Assembly: GCA_963702005.1 (NCBI GenBank)
Contig: OY969696.1
Span: 2,144,001 to 2,208,000 of the forward strand
Reading direction: 5' to 3'
Length of the DNA stretch: 64,000 bases
DNA from: Candidatus Aminicenantes bacterium
GTDB taxonomy: Bacteria; Acidobacteriota; Aminicenantia; Aminicenantales; JAFGBC01
Both the position numbers and the translations under genes were made by a program. Positions 1 through 9,150 of the stretch are shown here, one piece after another. Numbering within the stretch: the stretch's first letter is position 1; every line of letters begins with the position of its first letter. The notes under the pieces are model-generated. The model worked only from the letters and a program-made list of their open reading frames with translations, made no database searches and had not been told where the DNA came from.

Positions 1-423
1 AACCCAGAGCTGTTTGCCATTTGGGTCGTACTTGATGGTGGCAAAGTCGGAGGCGGTGCCCGATCCGGCGCTCTCTCCGGTGACCAAGACGTTGCCCGAG
101 CCATCCACCTTAATGCCCGCTGCTCGATCCACGGCATTGCCCGGGCCGTTGTATCTTTTAACCCAGAGCTGTGTGCCGGTGGGGCTGTACTTGACGGTCG
201 CGAAGTCGGCGTCCGTGCCCGATCCGGCGCTCTCGCCGGTGACATAGACGTTGCCCGAGGCGTCCACGGCTAAGGCCCGCGCACTGTCATCGCCGTTAGC
301 CGGACCGTTATACCTCGCCACCCACTTTTCCGTTGGCGCGAGACCGCGCCCCTCGCCTAAAAGAATCAAAAAGGGAACCGCGGCGAGAATTAGGCTTATT
401 GTGATCCACGCCCCCTTCTTCAT
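1..423 (-). CDS. SBBP-repeat beta-propeller protein with signal peptide (5' part; runs off the window start)
   Basis: Not in the ORF track. Manual translation from ATG at 423 (RBS AAGGAGG upstream) gives MKKGAWITISLILAAVPFLILLGEGRGLAPTEKWVARYNGPANGDDSARALAVDASGNVYVTGES..., open to position 1. Confidence 0.9.
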   Translation of the reverse strand, partial: MKKGAWITISLILAAVPFLILLGEGRGLAPTEKWVARYNGPANGDDSARALAVDASGNVYVTGESAGSGTDADFATVKYSPTGTQLWVKRYNGPGNAVDRAAGIKVDGSGNVLVTGESAGSGTASDFATIKYDPNGKQLWV

Positions 424-436
424 GGCTTCCCTCCTT
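307..436. repeat. 130-bp direct repeat, copy 1 (RBS + signal peptide + start of first blade of the SBBP genes)
   Basis: Aligns without gaps to 1741-1870 with 13 mismatches in 130 nt (manual count). Confidence 0.9.
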
Positions 437-495
437 GCAGGAACGCGCCCGGCGGCCGGCTCCTTCAGGAGCCGGTCGGGCCCGCGGGCCCAATA

Positions 496-1857
496 TCAAT
501 ATTTAATGGTGGCGACGTCGATATCGGTGCCAGAGCCTTTGCTTTCTCCAGTGATATAGACATGGCCCGCGCCGTCCACCGCGATGTCCGCTGCTGCATC
601 AAAGCCGTTACCCGGTCCGTTGTACCTTTTAATCCAGATCTGTTGACCGTTGGAATTGTACTTGATGGTAGCGAAATCGGAATTGCTGTTTGAGCCCTCG
701 CTCCATCCTGTGATAAAGACATTCGCCGCGCCGTCCAAGGCAATTGCCACTGCTTCATCCATGCCGCTAGCCGGCCCGTTGTACCGTTTGACCCAGAGCT
801 GTTTTCCGTTTGTGTCGTACTTTACGGTGAGGTAGTCGTAATTGTAATCTGAAATTCTGCTCTGTCCGGTGACATAGACATTGCCCGAGCCGTCCACGGC
901 GAGTGCCCTGGGCATATCAAAGCTATTGCTCGCCACGCTAAGCCTTTGGACCCAGAGGCGTTTGCCGTTAGTATTATATTTTATTGTGGCGTAGTCGAAA
1001 TAGGTGCCCAAACCTCTACTGGCTCCGGCGATATAGACATTGCCGAAACCGTCCAAGGCAAGACATAAGGCGAAATCAGGTCCGTTATCGGGGCCGTTAT
1101 ATCTTTTAATCCAGAGTTCTTTGCCGTCGGGGCCGTACTTGATGGTGGCAAAGTCGCCTTTGCGGACGGATATGCCGCCTTCTCCTCCGGTGACGTAGAC
1201 GTTCCCGGTGTCATCGACGGCGATTGCTTGAGGGCAATCCGAGTCGTCCGGGGGCCCATTATACCTTCTGACCCAGAGTTGCGCGCCGTTCATGTCGTAT
1301 TTGATAGTCGCAAAGTCAAAGGTAGCGTGAATGCCTGTGCTCCAGCTGATGCCGGTGACATAGACGTTGCCCGAAACGTCAACGGCTATGTTTCCAGCCT
1401 CGTCAATTCCGTTCCCGGGTCCATTGTACCTTCGGATCCAGATTTGTTTGCCGTTTGTATTGTACTTGATGGTAGCGTAGTCATATTCGGTACCGGAGCC
1501 TTCGCTATATCCCGTGATATAGACATTGCCCGAGCCGTCTACCGCAATGTCCGCCGCTATATCCCTGGCATTGCCCGGCCCGTTGTATCTTTTGACCCAG
1601 ATTTGTTTGCCGTTTATGTTGTACTTGATGGTCGTGAAGTCGGCTTGCGTGCCCGAACCGGCGCTCTCTCCTGTGACATAGACATTGCCAGCGCCGTCCA
1701 CGGCAATGGCCCAGCCGCCATCGAATTTGTTACCGGGCCCGTTATACCTCGCTACCCACTTCTCCGTTGGCGCAAGGTCGCGCCCCGCGCCCAAAAGAAT
1801 TAAAAAGGAAACCGCGGCGAGAAACAAGCTTATCGTGATCCACGCCCCCTTCTTCAT
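496..1857 (-). CDS. SBBP-repeat beta-propeller protein, 8 repeats of about 53 aa, with signal peptide
   Basis: Eight W-x-x-RYNGP...IAVDxxGNVY(V/I)TG...D(F/Y)ATIKY repeats. Start set at MKKGAW, which has an AAGGAGG RBS. Confidence 0.92.
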   Translation of the reverse strand: MKKGAWITISLFLAAVSFLILLGAGRDLAPTEKWVARYNGPGNKFDGGWAIAVDGAGNVYVTGESAGSGTQADFTTIKYNINGKQIWVKRYNGPGNARDIAADIAVDGSGNVYITGYSEGSGTEYDYATIKYNTNGKQIWIRRYNGPGNGIDEAGNIAVDVSGNVYVTGISWSTGIHATFDFATIKYDMNGAQLWVRRYNGPPDDSDCPQAIAVDDTGNVYVTGGEGGISVRKGDFATIKYGPDGKELWIKRYNGPDNGPDFALCLALDGFGNVYIAGASRGLGTYFDYATIKYNTNGKRLWVQRLSVASNSFDMPRALAVDGSGNVYVTGQSRISDYNYDYLTVKYDTNGKQLWVKRYNGPASGMDEAVAIALDGAANVFITGWSEGSNSNSDFATIKYNSNGQQIWIKRYNGPGNGFDAAADIAVDGAGHVYITGESKGSGTDIDVATIKY

Positions 1858-1870
1858 GGCTTCCCTCCTT
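1741..1870. repeat. 130-bp direct repeat, copy 2
   Basis: See 307-436. Confidence 0.9.
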
Positions 1871-1966
1871 AAAGGGTTAAGAAAATAAACTGGTCGCAAA
1901 ACATGGCAACAGAAGAATCGAACGGCACGAGGATGACAGTCATCAACGGCATTCCCTCTTTTTTTA

Positions 1967-1996
1967 ATGATAGTGTAGGCTGATATCCGATGTCAA
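1967..1996 (-). promoter_or_regulatory. Putative sigma70 promoter for the SBBP genes
   Basis: Minus strand TTGACA-N18-TATCAT, about 110 nt upstream of the ATG at 1857. Confidence 0.55.
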
Positions 1997-2101
1997 ATAT
2001 ACCATTAACGCGCCCGGCGGCTTTTCTTGCGGGAAGGGGAGGGCAAGGTTGGCGAAAAGGGGACGCCCCAGCCTTCGAGGGAGCGAAAACCGATAACTCG
2101 T

Positions 2102-2425
2102 CTACATTAAAAAATAGAACGGCCGGCGCATCCTTGAATAGATCCGGGCCCGGATTGTCTCCATGGTCAGGGCCAGCCCCGGATCCTCGGCCAGCTCCTT
2201 CAGGAATCGCGAACGGTTGCGGGACAAGGCCGCCGAGCTGAGCCGGAAATAGCGGAGGATTTCCGCGCGCCCGATTCCGCTCCAGGTTTCGCACAAAAAC
2301 AGGACGATTTTCCGGCAAAGCGCGGGGTCAAGCGGCATAACGGATTCGGCCTCCTGGACGATGAGATGGACGGAGGGGAGCGCTCTCTTTCTTTGCGAGT
2401 TCAAGCCCAGGAGAGATCTTGACAT
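2102..2425 (-). CDS. Small HTH protein resembling the DnaA C-terminal domain or the C-terminal HTH of REP-associated tyrosine transposases
   Basis: RKIVLFLCETWSGIGRAEILRYFRLSSAALSRNRSRFLKELAEDPGL pattern resembles DnaA domain IV-type HTH (by eye). Confidence 0.45.
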   Translation of the reverse strand: MSRSLLGLNSQRKRALPSVHLIVQEAESVMPLDPALCRKIVLFLCETWSGIGRAEILRYFRLSSAALSRNRSRFLKELAEDPGLALTMETIRARIYSRMRRPFYFLM

Positions 2426-2549
2426 GGACGCCGCCCGCCGCGCCGTTTTCCCCGATCCGTAAGATTAAGACGCGGCAGGGGACGACTCTTTCTCAATTAA
2501 GCCGCGGCCGCATTTGTGCTATGATATCGCCCGAAGGAGAAGACGGCCC

Positions 2550-3722
2550 ATGATCGAAGGTCAGGACGCCCCGGGACGGAAGGCGAGGCTTCGCTACGGC
2601 ATGGTCGGCGGCGGACGGGGCGCCTTTATCGGCGACGTCCATCGCAAGGCCATCGCCATGGACGGCAGGGCCGCCCTCGTCGCCGGCTGCTTTTCCCAAT
2701 CCCACGAAAACACTCTCGCGACGGGCGAGGCGCTTAGGATCGATCAGAGCCGCCTGTACCGTTCCTACAAGGAGATGATCGAAGCCGAGGCGCGCCGCGA
2801 CGACCGGATCCAGTTCCTGGTCGTCGTCACGCCCAACGACTCCCACTACGACATCGCCCGGCGCGCCCTCGAAGCCGGCTTCCACGTCGTCTGCGACAAG
2901 CCGCTGACGACCTCGAGCCGCCAGGCCGAGGAGCTTGCCCGGCTGGCCGCCTCGCGCCGCCTTCTTTTCTGCGTCAGCTACGCCTATTCCGCCTATCCGC
3001 TCGTCAAACACGCCCGGGCCCTGGTAGCCGCCGGCGAGCTGGGGACGATCCGCTTCGTGAGCGCCGAATATCCCCAGGAATGGCTGGCGACCCTTCTGGA
3101 AAAGACGGGCCAGAAGCAGGCCGCCTGGCGGACCGATCCGGCCCGGGTCGGGATCTCGAACTGCGTCGGCGACATCGGGAGCCACATCGAGCACACGGTC
3201 GCCTACACGACCGGGCTCCGGATCGATTCTCTGTTGGCGCGGCTCGACCGCTTCGGCGAAGGCCGAGCCCTCGATGACAACGCCTCGATCATGGTCAATT
3301 ATGAGGGGGGCGCCAAGGGCCTCTTCTGGTGCTCCCAGATCGCGGTCGGCCACGATAACGGCCTCCGCGTCCGTGTCTATGGCACCAAGGGCTCTTTCGA
3401 ATTCGCCCAGGAAACTCCCAACGTCCTCAAGGTCAGTTTCCTCGACCGGCCCACCGCGACCATCTCCCGCGGCCGCGACCCGATGGCGCCGCGGGCCCAG
3501 GCCCTGTCCCGGATTCCGTCGGGCCACCCCGAGGGCTATTTCGAGTGCTTCGCCAACATCTATGCGACCTATATCACGGCCCTGGCCAAGACGCTGGCCG
3601 GCGAGACGCCGACGGCCGATGACCTGGATTTCCCTAACGCCGAGGACGGAGTCCGCGGCGTCCGCTTCATCGAGAAATGCGTCGAGAGCTCCGAAAAGGG
3701 AGCGGTTTGGGTAAAGTTTTAG
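2550..3722 (+). CDS. Gfo/Idh/MocA family oxidoreductase
   Basis: GMVGGGRGAFIGDVH Rossmann motif, HVVCDKPL, GDIGSH, PSGHPEGY. Start at MIEG after an AAGGAG RBS. Confidence 0.93.
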   Translation: MIEGQDAPGRKARLRYGMVGGGRGAFIGDVHRKAIAMDGRAALVAGCFSQSHENTLATGEALRIDQSRLYRSYKEMIEAEARRDDRIQFLVVVTPNDSHYDIARRALEAGFHVVCDKPLTTSSRQAEELARLAASRRLLFCVSYAYSAYPLVKHARALVAAGELGTIRFVSAEYPQEWLATLLEKTGQKQAAWRTDPARVGISNCVGDIGSHIEHTVAYTTGLRIDSLLARLDRFGEGRALDDNASIMVNYEGGAKGLFWCSQIAVGHDNGLRVRVYGTKGSFEFAQETPNVLKVSFLDRPTATISRGRDPMAPRAQALSRIPSGHPEGYFECFANIYATYITALAKTLAGETPTADDLDFPNAEDGVRGVRFIEKCVESSEKGAVWVKF

Positions 3723-3733
3723 AGGAGGCGACC

Positions 3734-4729
3734 ATGGCGCGACCCGTGACGCTCTTCACCGGACAGTGGGCCGATCTTCCCTTCGAGGAGATCTGCAAGA
3801 AGGCGAGCCGCTGGGGCTACGACGGCCTCGAGATCGCATGCTGGGGCGATCACCTCGACGTCCGCAAGGCGGCCTCGGATAAAGCCTACGTCGAAAAGAA
3901 GAAAGCGATCCTCAAGAAATATAAGCTCGGCTGCTGGGCCCTGGGCGCCCATCTGTCCGGCCAGTGCGTCGGCGACAGCCACGACAAGCGGCTCGACGCG
4001 TTCGCCCCGGCCCGCCACAAGGGCAAGCCCGACGACATCCGGGCCTGGGCCGTCAACGAAATGAAGGCGACGGCCCACGCCGCCCGGGCCATGGGCTGCA
4101 CGGTCGTCACCGGCTTCATGGGGTCGCCGATCTGGAAGGCCTGGTACTCCTTCCCGCCCACGACCGAGGAGATGATCCAGAAGGGGTTCGAGCGGATCAG
4201 GGAGCTCTGGACGCCCATCCTGGACGAATTCGACAAGTGCGGCGTCAAGTTCGGGCTCGAAGTTCATCCGACCGAGATCGCCTACGACTTCTACACGACC
4301 CAGCGCCTGTTCGCGGTCTTCAACGGCCGCCAGGCCCTCGGCCTCAATTTCGACCCCAGCCACCTCGTCTGGCAGGGGATGGAGCCGCAGCTCTTCATCC
4401 GCGAGTTCGGCGAGCGGATCTACCACGTCCACATGAAGGACGTCGCCGTAACGCTCGACGGCCGGGCCGGCATCCTCGGCTCGCACTTGCCCTTCGGCGA
4501 CCTGCGGCGGGGCTGGAACTTCCGGTCGCTCGGCCACGGCGACGTCGACTTCGACGCCGTCGTCCGGGAGCTCAACGCGGCCGGCTACCAGGGCCCGCTC
4601 TCGGTCGAGTGGGAGGACAACGGCATGGACCGCGAAGCGGGCGCCAAGGAGTCCCTCGAGTTCGTCCGGTCCGTCAACTTCGCCCCCTCCGGGGTTGCCT
4701 TCGACAAAGATATGAAAGCCAAGACATGA
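3734..4729 (+). CDS. Sugar phosphate isomerase/epimerase (xylose isomerase-like TIM barrel)
   Basis: LFTGQWADL, LEVHPTE, NFDPSH, HVHMKD and SVEWED metal motifs; GAGGAGG RBS. Confidence 0.93.
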   Translation: MARPVTLFTGQWADLPFEEICKKASRWGYDGLEIACWGDHLDVRKAASDKAYVEKKKAILKKYKLGCWALGAHLSGQCVGDSHDKRLDAFAPARHKGKPDDIRAWAVNEMKATAHAARAMGCTVVTGFMGSPIWKAWYSFPPTTEEMIQKGFERIRELWTPILDEFDKCGVKFGLEVHPTEIAYDFYTTQRLFAVFNGRQALGLNFDPSHLVWQGMEPQLFIREFGERIYHVHMKDVAVTLDGRAGILGSHLPFGDLRRGWNFRSLGHGDVDFDAVVRELNAAGYQGPLSVEWEDNGMDREAGAKESLEFVRSVNFAPSGVAFDKDMKAKT

Positions 4730-6117
4730 TATTCAAAGGAATTCATACTCCTCGGGTCGTTTCGCGCCGCGCCTTCCTGAGGTCCTCGGCCGCGGCGGGA
4801 CTGGGCGCCGCGCTGGCCGCCGGAGCCTTGGGAGAGGAAGCGCGAAACGGAATGCCCCAAACGCCCGCTAAGCCGCAGGATTCGGAACATGCTCCCGGCG
4901 ACCTTCGGGTAGCCCTGATCGGCGCGGGCGAGCAGGGCCGGGTCCTGATTGAATCCTGCCTTCGCATCCCGGGTGTCCGGATCGTCGCCCTGTGCGATAT
5001 CTGGGAGTACAGCCGCCAGTACGCGAGCGGATACCTCCGCAAGTACGGCCAGCCCGTGACGCTCTACGAGGACTACCGCGAGCTCCTGGCCAAGGAGAAG
5101 GGGCTCGACGCGGCGATCGTCGCGACGCCCGACTGGATGCACGCCGAACACGCCAACGCCTGCCTGGAGGCCGGACTCCCCGTCTACTGCGAGAAAGAGA
5201 TGTCGAACTCGCTCGACAAGGCCCGCTCCATGGTCGAGACGGCCCGGCGGACCGGACGGCTCCTCCAGATCGGCCATCAGCGCCGCTCCAACCCCCGCTA
5301 CCTCCATGCCATCGACCGCCTCATCCGGGAGCGCCGGCTCCTGGGCCGGGTCAACCTGGCCTACGCTCAGTGGAACAGGTCCAAGGCCGACATGCTCGGC
5401 TGGCCCAAAAAGTACACTCTCGACGCGGCGACGCTGGATCGTTTCGGCTACGGCTCCATGACCGAATTCCGCAACTGGCGCTGGTACAAGAAATACGGCG
5501 GCGGTCCGATCGTGGACCTCGGCTCGCACCAGATCGACCTGTTCGGCTGGGTGTTCGGGACGAACCCGGCCACGGTCGTCGCCAGCGGCGGCGTCGATTA
5601 TTACAAAGGCCGCGAGTGGTACGACAACGTCATGGCCATTTACGAGTTCGAAACGGCCCAGGGCGCGGCCCGGGCCTTCTACCAGGTCCAGACGACGACC
5701 AAGCACGGGGGCTTCTACGAAACGTTCATGGGCGACGACGGCTCGCTCGTCATCTCCGAAGTCGCCCAGAGGGGCAACTGGGCCATGCGCGAGGCCCACG
5801 CCCCCGAATGGGATTCCCTGGTCAAGGAGGGTTTGCTCCTGAGCGAGGCGGCCCCCATCCAAAAGGTCGACACCCGGAATATCTTCGTCGACGTCCGGGT
5901 CACGGCCGAGGCGGGCCGCTGGCCGCTGCCGGTCGACCTGGCCAAGCCCGCTCACCAGCCTCATCTCGAGAATTTCTTCAGTGCCGTCCGGAGCGGGACG
6001 CCGCTCAGCTGTCCGGCCGAGCTGGCCTACGAAAGCGCGGTGGCCGTCCTCAAGGTCAACGACGCCGTCCGGTCCCGGGATCTCATCCGCTTCCGGGCCG
6101 GGGAGTTCAGGGCATGA
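4726..6117 (+). CDS. Tat-exported Gfo/Idh/MocA family oxidoreductase
   Basis: SRRAFLR Tat signal, IGAGEQG, VATPDWMH, YCEKEM, QIGHQRRS, NWRWY, DLGSHQ. ATGA overlap with the upstream stop. Confidence 0.92.
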   Translation: MIFKGIHTPRVVSRRAFLRSSAAAGLGAALAAGALGEEARNGMPQTPAKPQDSEHAPGDLRVALIGAGEQGRVLIESCLRIPGVRIVALCDIWEYSRQYASGYLRKYGQPVTLYEDYRELLAKEKGLDAAIVATPDWMHAEHANACLEAGLPVYCEKEMSNSLDKARSMVETARRTGRLLQIGHQRRSNPRYLHAIDRLIRERRLLGRVNLAYAQWNRSKADMLGWPKKYTLDAATLDRFGYGSMTEFRNWRWYKKYGGGPIVDLGSHQIDLFGWVFGTNPATVVASGGVDYYKGREWYDNVMAIYEFETAQGAARAFYQVQTTTKHGGFYETFMGDDGSLVISEVAQRGNWAMREAHAPEWDSLVKEGLLLSEAAPIQKVDTRNIFVDVRVTAEAGRWPLPVDLAKPAHQPHLENFFSAVRSGTPLSCPAELAYESAVAVLKVNDAVRSRDLIRFRAGEFRA

Positions 6118-8459
6118 GGCGCCGCGGAAAATTCCGGGGACACGCACCGAAATTAAGAAATTTCGGAGCATGTCCCCTGGTTGCCGTCGCTTTAATTTGT
6201 TTGGTCGGGTTCGCATTCGCTTCGACGGACAAGCAGGCCCAGTGGACCGGGAGCCGGACAAGCCCCGTCCATCGCATCCCGCTTAAGGACGAGCTCAACC
6301 AGGACATCATCCCAAGCGAACCGAACCCGCTCCCGTTTTCGTCCCGGCATTCCTGCGCCCCCTGCCACACTTACTCCGTCATCGAAAAAGGCCTCCATTT
6401 CAGCGCCGGTCGGGGCGGGAGCGACGGCCGTCCCGGCGAGCCCTGGATCTGGCTCGACGAAAAAACGGGAACGGTCCTGCCTCTTTCCTACCGGAAATGG
6501 AAGGGGAGCTGGGACCCCGCGGCCCTCGGCCTGTCGACCTGGGATTTCACGCTTCTGTTCGGCAGGCACTTGGCCGGGGGCGGCATCGCCGAGCCCAAGG
6601 ACGGCGAGGCGACTCCCGGATCACGTTGGGATGTCTCGGGCCGGATCGAGATCAACTGCCTGGGCTGCCACAGCGGCTCGCCCCGCCAGGACCACAGCGA
6701 ATGGGCCAGGCAGATCCTGCGCCACAACTTCCGCTGGGCGGCGACCGCGGCCGCGGGCTTGGGCGAGGTCGGCGGCATGGCCTCGCGCCTGTCCGGGACC
6801 TGGGACGTCTTCGACGGCCCCAACCCCGACGACAGCGAATGGGCCGTCGCGCCCTCGGTCCGCTACGACCGGACGATTTTCGACTCCAAACACCGCGCCT
6901 ATCTCGATATCGTCCTCAGGCCGGAGGACGCCCGCTGCCTCTCCTGCCACTCCGTGACGCCGGTCGGAGCCGCGAAGGCGGGCACCGACGGGGACGTCCA
7001 CGCGGCGGCCGGGCTCCGCTGCGTGAGCTGCCACCGGAACGGGATCGATCATGATATGATCCGAGGCTATGAGGGGGAGAACGGAGATGAACCGGCGGAG
7101 GCGGCCGAGCAACTGACTTGCGCCGGCTGCCATCTCGGGAAGGACGCCGCCGCGGGAGGCAAGGGCTGGTCGGGCCGGATGGGAGCTCCCTATCCTCTCC
7201 ATAAAGGCCTGCCCAAGGTCCATTTCGAGAGGCTGAGCTGCGCCGTCTGCCACTCGGGGCCGCTGCCGGCCGGGGAGCCGACCAAAGTCCGGACGGCCCG
7301 GGCCAACCGGCTGGGTATTTTCGGGATCGCCGATTGGTCCACGAAGCTCCCGTCCGTCCTCGAGCCGGTCTATATCAGGGACGCCGCGAACAAGCTTACT
7401 CCGCATCGAATCATCTGGCCCTCCTTCTGGGCGCGAAGAAAAAAGGACGGGACGCTCGTCCCGCTGAGTCCCGAGGCCGTCCTGGCGGCGGCCGGTCCGG
7501 TCTTCGCCCCTCCCGACAAAGCGGCGCGCATCCTCTCCTTTCTGACCGGAGCGCTCGGAGAAGGGGAGAGGGCCGTGCTCGTCCTGGAGGGGAATGCTTT
7601 CGAACTCAACGTTGACGGAGGCCTGGCGCCTTCGTCCGTGCGGGTCGCGCCCGATATCAAAGGGCTGCTGGGAATGGCGGGCGCGGACGGCGTCCTCAAG
7701 CCGCTCATCCCGGAGGTCGATCCGGCGGCCGCCGAGCCGCAGCTCGACGCGGAAGCGAAGGTTCAGAAGTTGCTTGAGGCACTGGGGACGGAGGCCGGCA
7801 TTCCAGGCCCGCCCGTCTTGGCGATTAAAAACTTCGTCTACAAGATCACGGATGGATATTTGGATAAGGCGGAAACAGCCGGCCCGGCCCGGACCGAGCC
7901 CGAGCTCGGATATCTCGTCGGCAAAAAGGTCCAGCCGCTCCTGTCCGATTTTGAGCGAAGGACGCTCGCGGCTGTTGCCGGGAAAGATTCGGCCCTGACC
8001 GAAGAACAAGTCGCCCTCGCCCTTGCCGAATTGAATAGAGACGCCGTCTACATCTCGGCCGGAAAGCTCCACGAGCTTGACAAAAACGGCCGCCTCAAGT
8101 CCCGCGACCACCGAGCGGCCGGCTTCGTCGCCTGGCCGCTCGGCCACGACGTCCGTCCCGCCCGCCAGGCGCTGGGCGTTCACGGCTGCACGGACTGCCA
8201 TTCCATGGATTCGAAGTTCTTCTTCGGCACGGTTAAGGCCGAAGGGCCGTTGATCACGGCTGGGACGATCGGACGTCCGGCTTCGTCCTTCATGGGATTG
8301 GGCGGGCTCTTTCATAGGATGTTCGGCCTCAGCTTCACGGTCCGGCCCGTGTTCAAGATGGTCCTGGCCGCCGCGGTCGCCATCCTCGGCCTCACGGTGC
8401 TGCTGGCGGCGCTCCTGGCCCTGGGCCGCCTGTCCGGTCTTCTGGAAAAGAGGAGATGA
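6114..8459 (+). CDS. Multiheme cytochrome c (7 CxxCH) with N-terminal signal and C-terminal membrane anchor
   Basis: CAPCH, CLGCH, CLSCH, CVSCH, CAGCH, CAVCH, CTDCH. ATGA overlap with the upstream gene; hydrophobic C-terminal helix. Confidence 0.9.
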   Translation: MRRRGKFRGHAPKLRNFGACPLVAVALICLVGFAFASTDKQAQWTGSRTSPVHRIPLKDELNQDIIPSEPNPLPFSSRHSCAPCHTYSVIEKGLHFSAGRGGSDGRPGEPWIWLDEKTGTVLPLSYRKWKGSWDPAALGLSTWDFTLLFGRHLAGGGIAEPKDGEATPGSRWDVSGRIEINCLGCHSGSPRQDHSEWARQILRHNFRWAATAAAGLGEVGGMASRLSGTWDVFDGPNPDDSEWAVAPSVRYDRTIFDSKHRAYLDIVLRPEDARCLSCHSVTPVGAAKAGTDGDVHAAAGLRCVSCHRNGIDHDMIRGYEGENGDEPAEAAEQLTCAGCHLGKDAAAGGKGWSGRMGAPYPLHKGLPKVHFERLSCAVCHSGPLPAGEPTKVRTARANRLGIFGIADWSTKLPSVLEPVYIRDAANKLTPHRIIWPSFWARRKKDGTLVPLSPEAVLAAAGPVFAPPDKAARILSFLTGALGEGERAVLVLEGNAFELNVDGGLAPSSVRVAPDIKGLLGMAGADGVLKPLIPEVDPAAAEPQLDAEAKVQKLLEALGTEAGIPGPPVLAIKNFVYKITDGYLDKAETAGPARTEPELGYLVGKKVQPLLSDFERRTLAAVAGKDSALTEEQVALALAELNRDAVYISAGKLHELDKNGRLKSRDHRAAGFVAWPLGHDVRPARQALGVHGCTDCHSMDSKFFFGTVKAEGPLITAGTIGRPASSFMGLGGLFHRMFGLSFTVRPVFKMVLAAAVAILGLTVLLAALLALGRLSGLLEKRR
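6136..6177. repeat. 42-bp palindrome (GGGGACA...TGTCCCC) inside the cytochrome N-terminus
   Basis: Arms GGGGACACGCACCGAAATT and AATTTCGGAGCATGTCCCC, 17/19 complementary, 4-nt loop. Confidence 0.8.
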
Positions 8460-9148
8460 ACGCCATGCTCTTCAGGCTCGTCGCCATCCTCGTCCTCCTG
8501 GCCGCAGCCTTCCGGCTGAGCTTGTTCCGCTTCCAGGCCGCGGCCTCGCCCAAGGGCCGGCCGTCGGAGCCCTTCCGATTCAAGGCTTATTTGGGATGGG
8601 TCCGCGAGCGGTTGTCCCGGCTTGCCCAGCCGGCATTCTGGCCGCGTTCGGTCAAGGTTGTCGAAGCCTGGCTGAAGCTCCATTATCCCGGCTGGAGGAT
8701 CTGGGTTTGGGCGGGGCTCGTCCTGAGCTTCACCTATAACGCCGTGAGCGGACTCGGCTATGCCGTTTTCATCCGGCGCGGCCTTTGGGGCGCGCCCCTG
8801 CTCCTCCATGTCATGTCCGGGGAGCTGTTCGCCATCTGCCTGGCCGCCGTCGTCATCCTCAGGGCTCGCCGCTACGGATTCGAGGCGGACAAGGGCAAGG
8901 GCGAGGTCGAGTGCCTCGTCTGCCCGGTCGTGAAACGGGTCCCGCTTCCCCTGGCGCGTACGCTCGCGTTTTGGATTTTCGTCCTGGCCGGCCTCGTCCT
9001 CGGGGCGACGGCCCTATTCTCGATGCTCCCCTGGTTCGTCTACACGGCCCAGCTCACGTTTATCGGCGTCCACCGCTATGCGGCATTGGCGGCGGCCCTG
9101 GCGGCCATGATCTTCGCGGACCTCGACCTCATCCCGCGCCGCTCCTGA
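8456..9148 (+). CDS. Integral membrane protein, cytochrome b-like partner of the multiheme cytochrome
   Basis: 4-5 hydrophobic helices, with His in LLLHVMSG and IGVHRYAA. ATGA-coupled to the cytochrome c. Confidence 0.65.
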   Translation: MNAMLFRLVAILVLLAAAFRLSLFRFQAAASPKGRPSEPFRFKAYLGWVRERLSRLAQPAFWPRSVKVVEAWLKLHYPGWRIWVWAGLVLSFTYNAVSGLGYAVFIRRGLWGAPLLLHVMSGELFAICLAAVVILRARRYGFEADKGKGEVECLVCPVVKRVPLPLARTLAFWIFVLAGLVLGATALFSMLPWFVYTAQLTFIGVHRYAALAAALAAMIFADLDLIPRRS

Positions 9149-9150
9149 CG

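Noticed and set aside
1-1870. Diversity-generating retroelement or CRISPR explanation for the repeats
   Set aside because: No reverse transcriptase or cas gene is in the window, the mismatches are not adenine-specific, and the repeats are protein-coding blades.
3964-8459. Apparent 717-aa and 1155-aa fusion proteins in the ORF track, and the 8785 and 9618 starts
   Set aside because: The N-terminal extensions are Arg/Pro-rich off-frame overlaps of upstream genes. The real starts are at 4726, 6114, 9151 and 10074.
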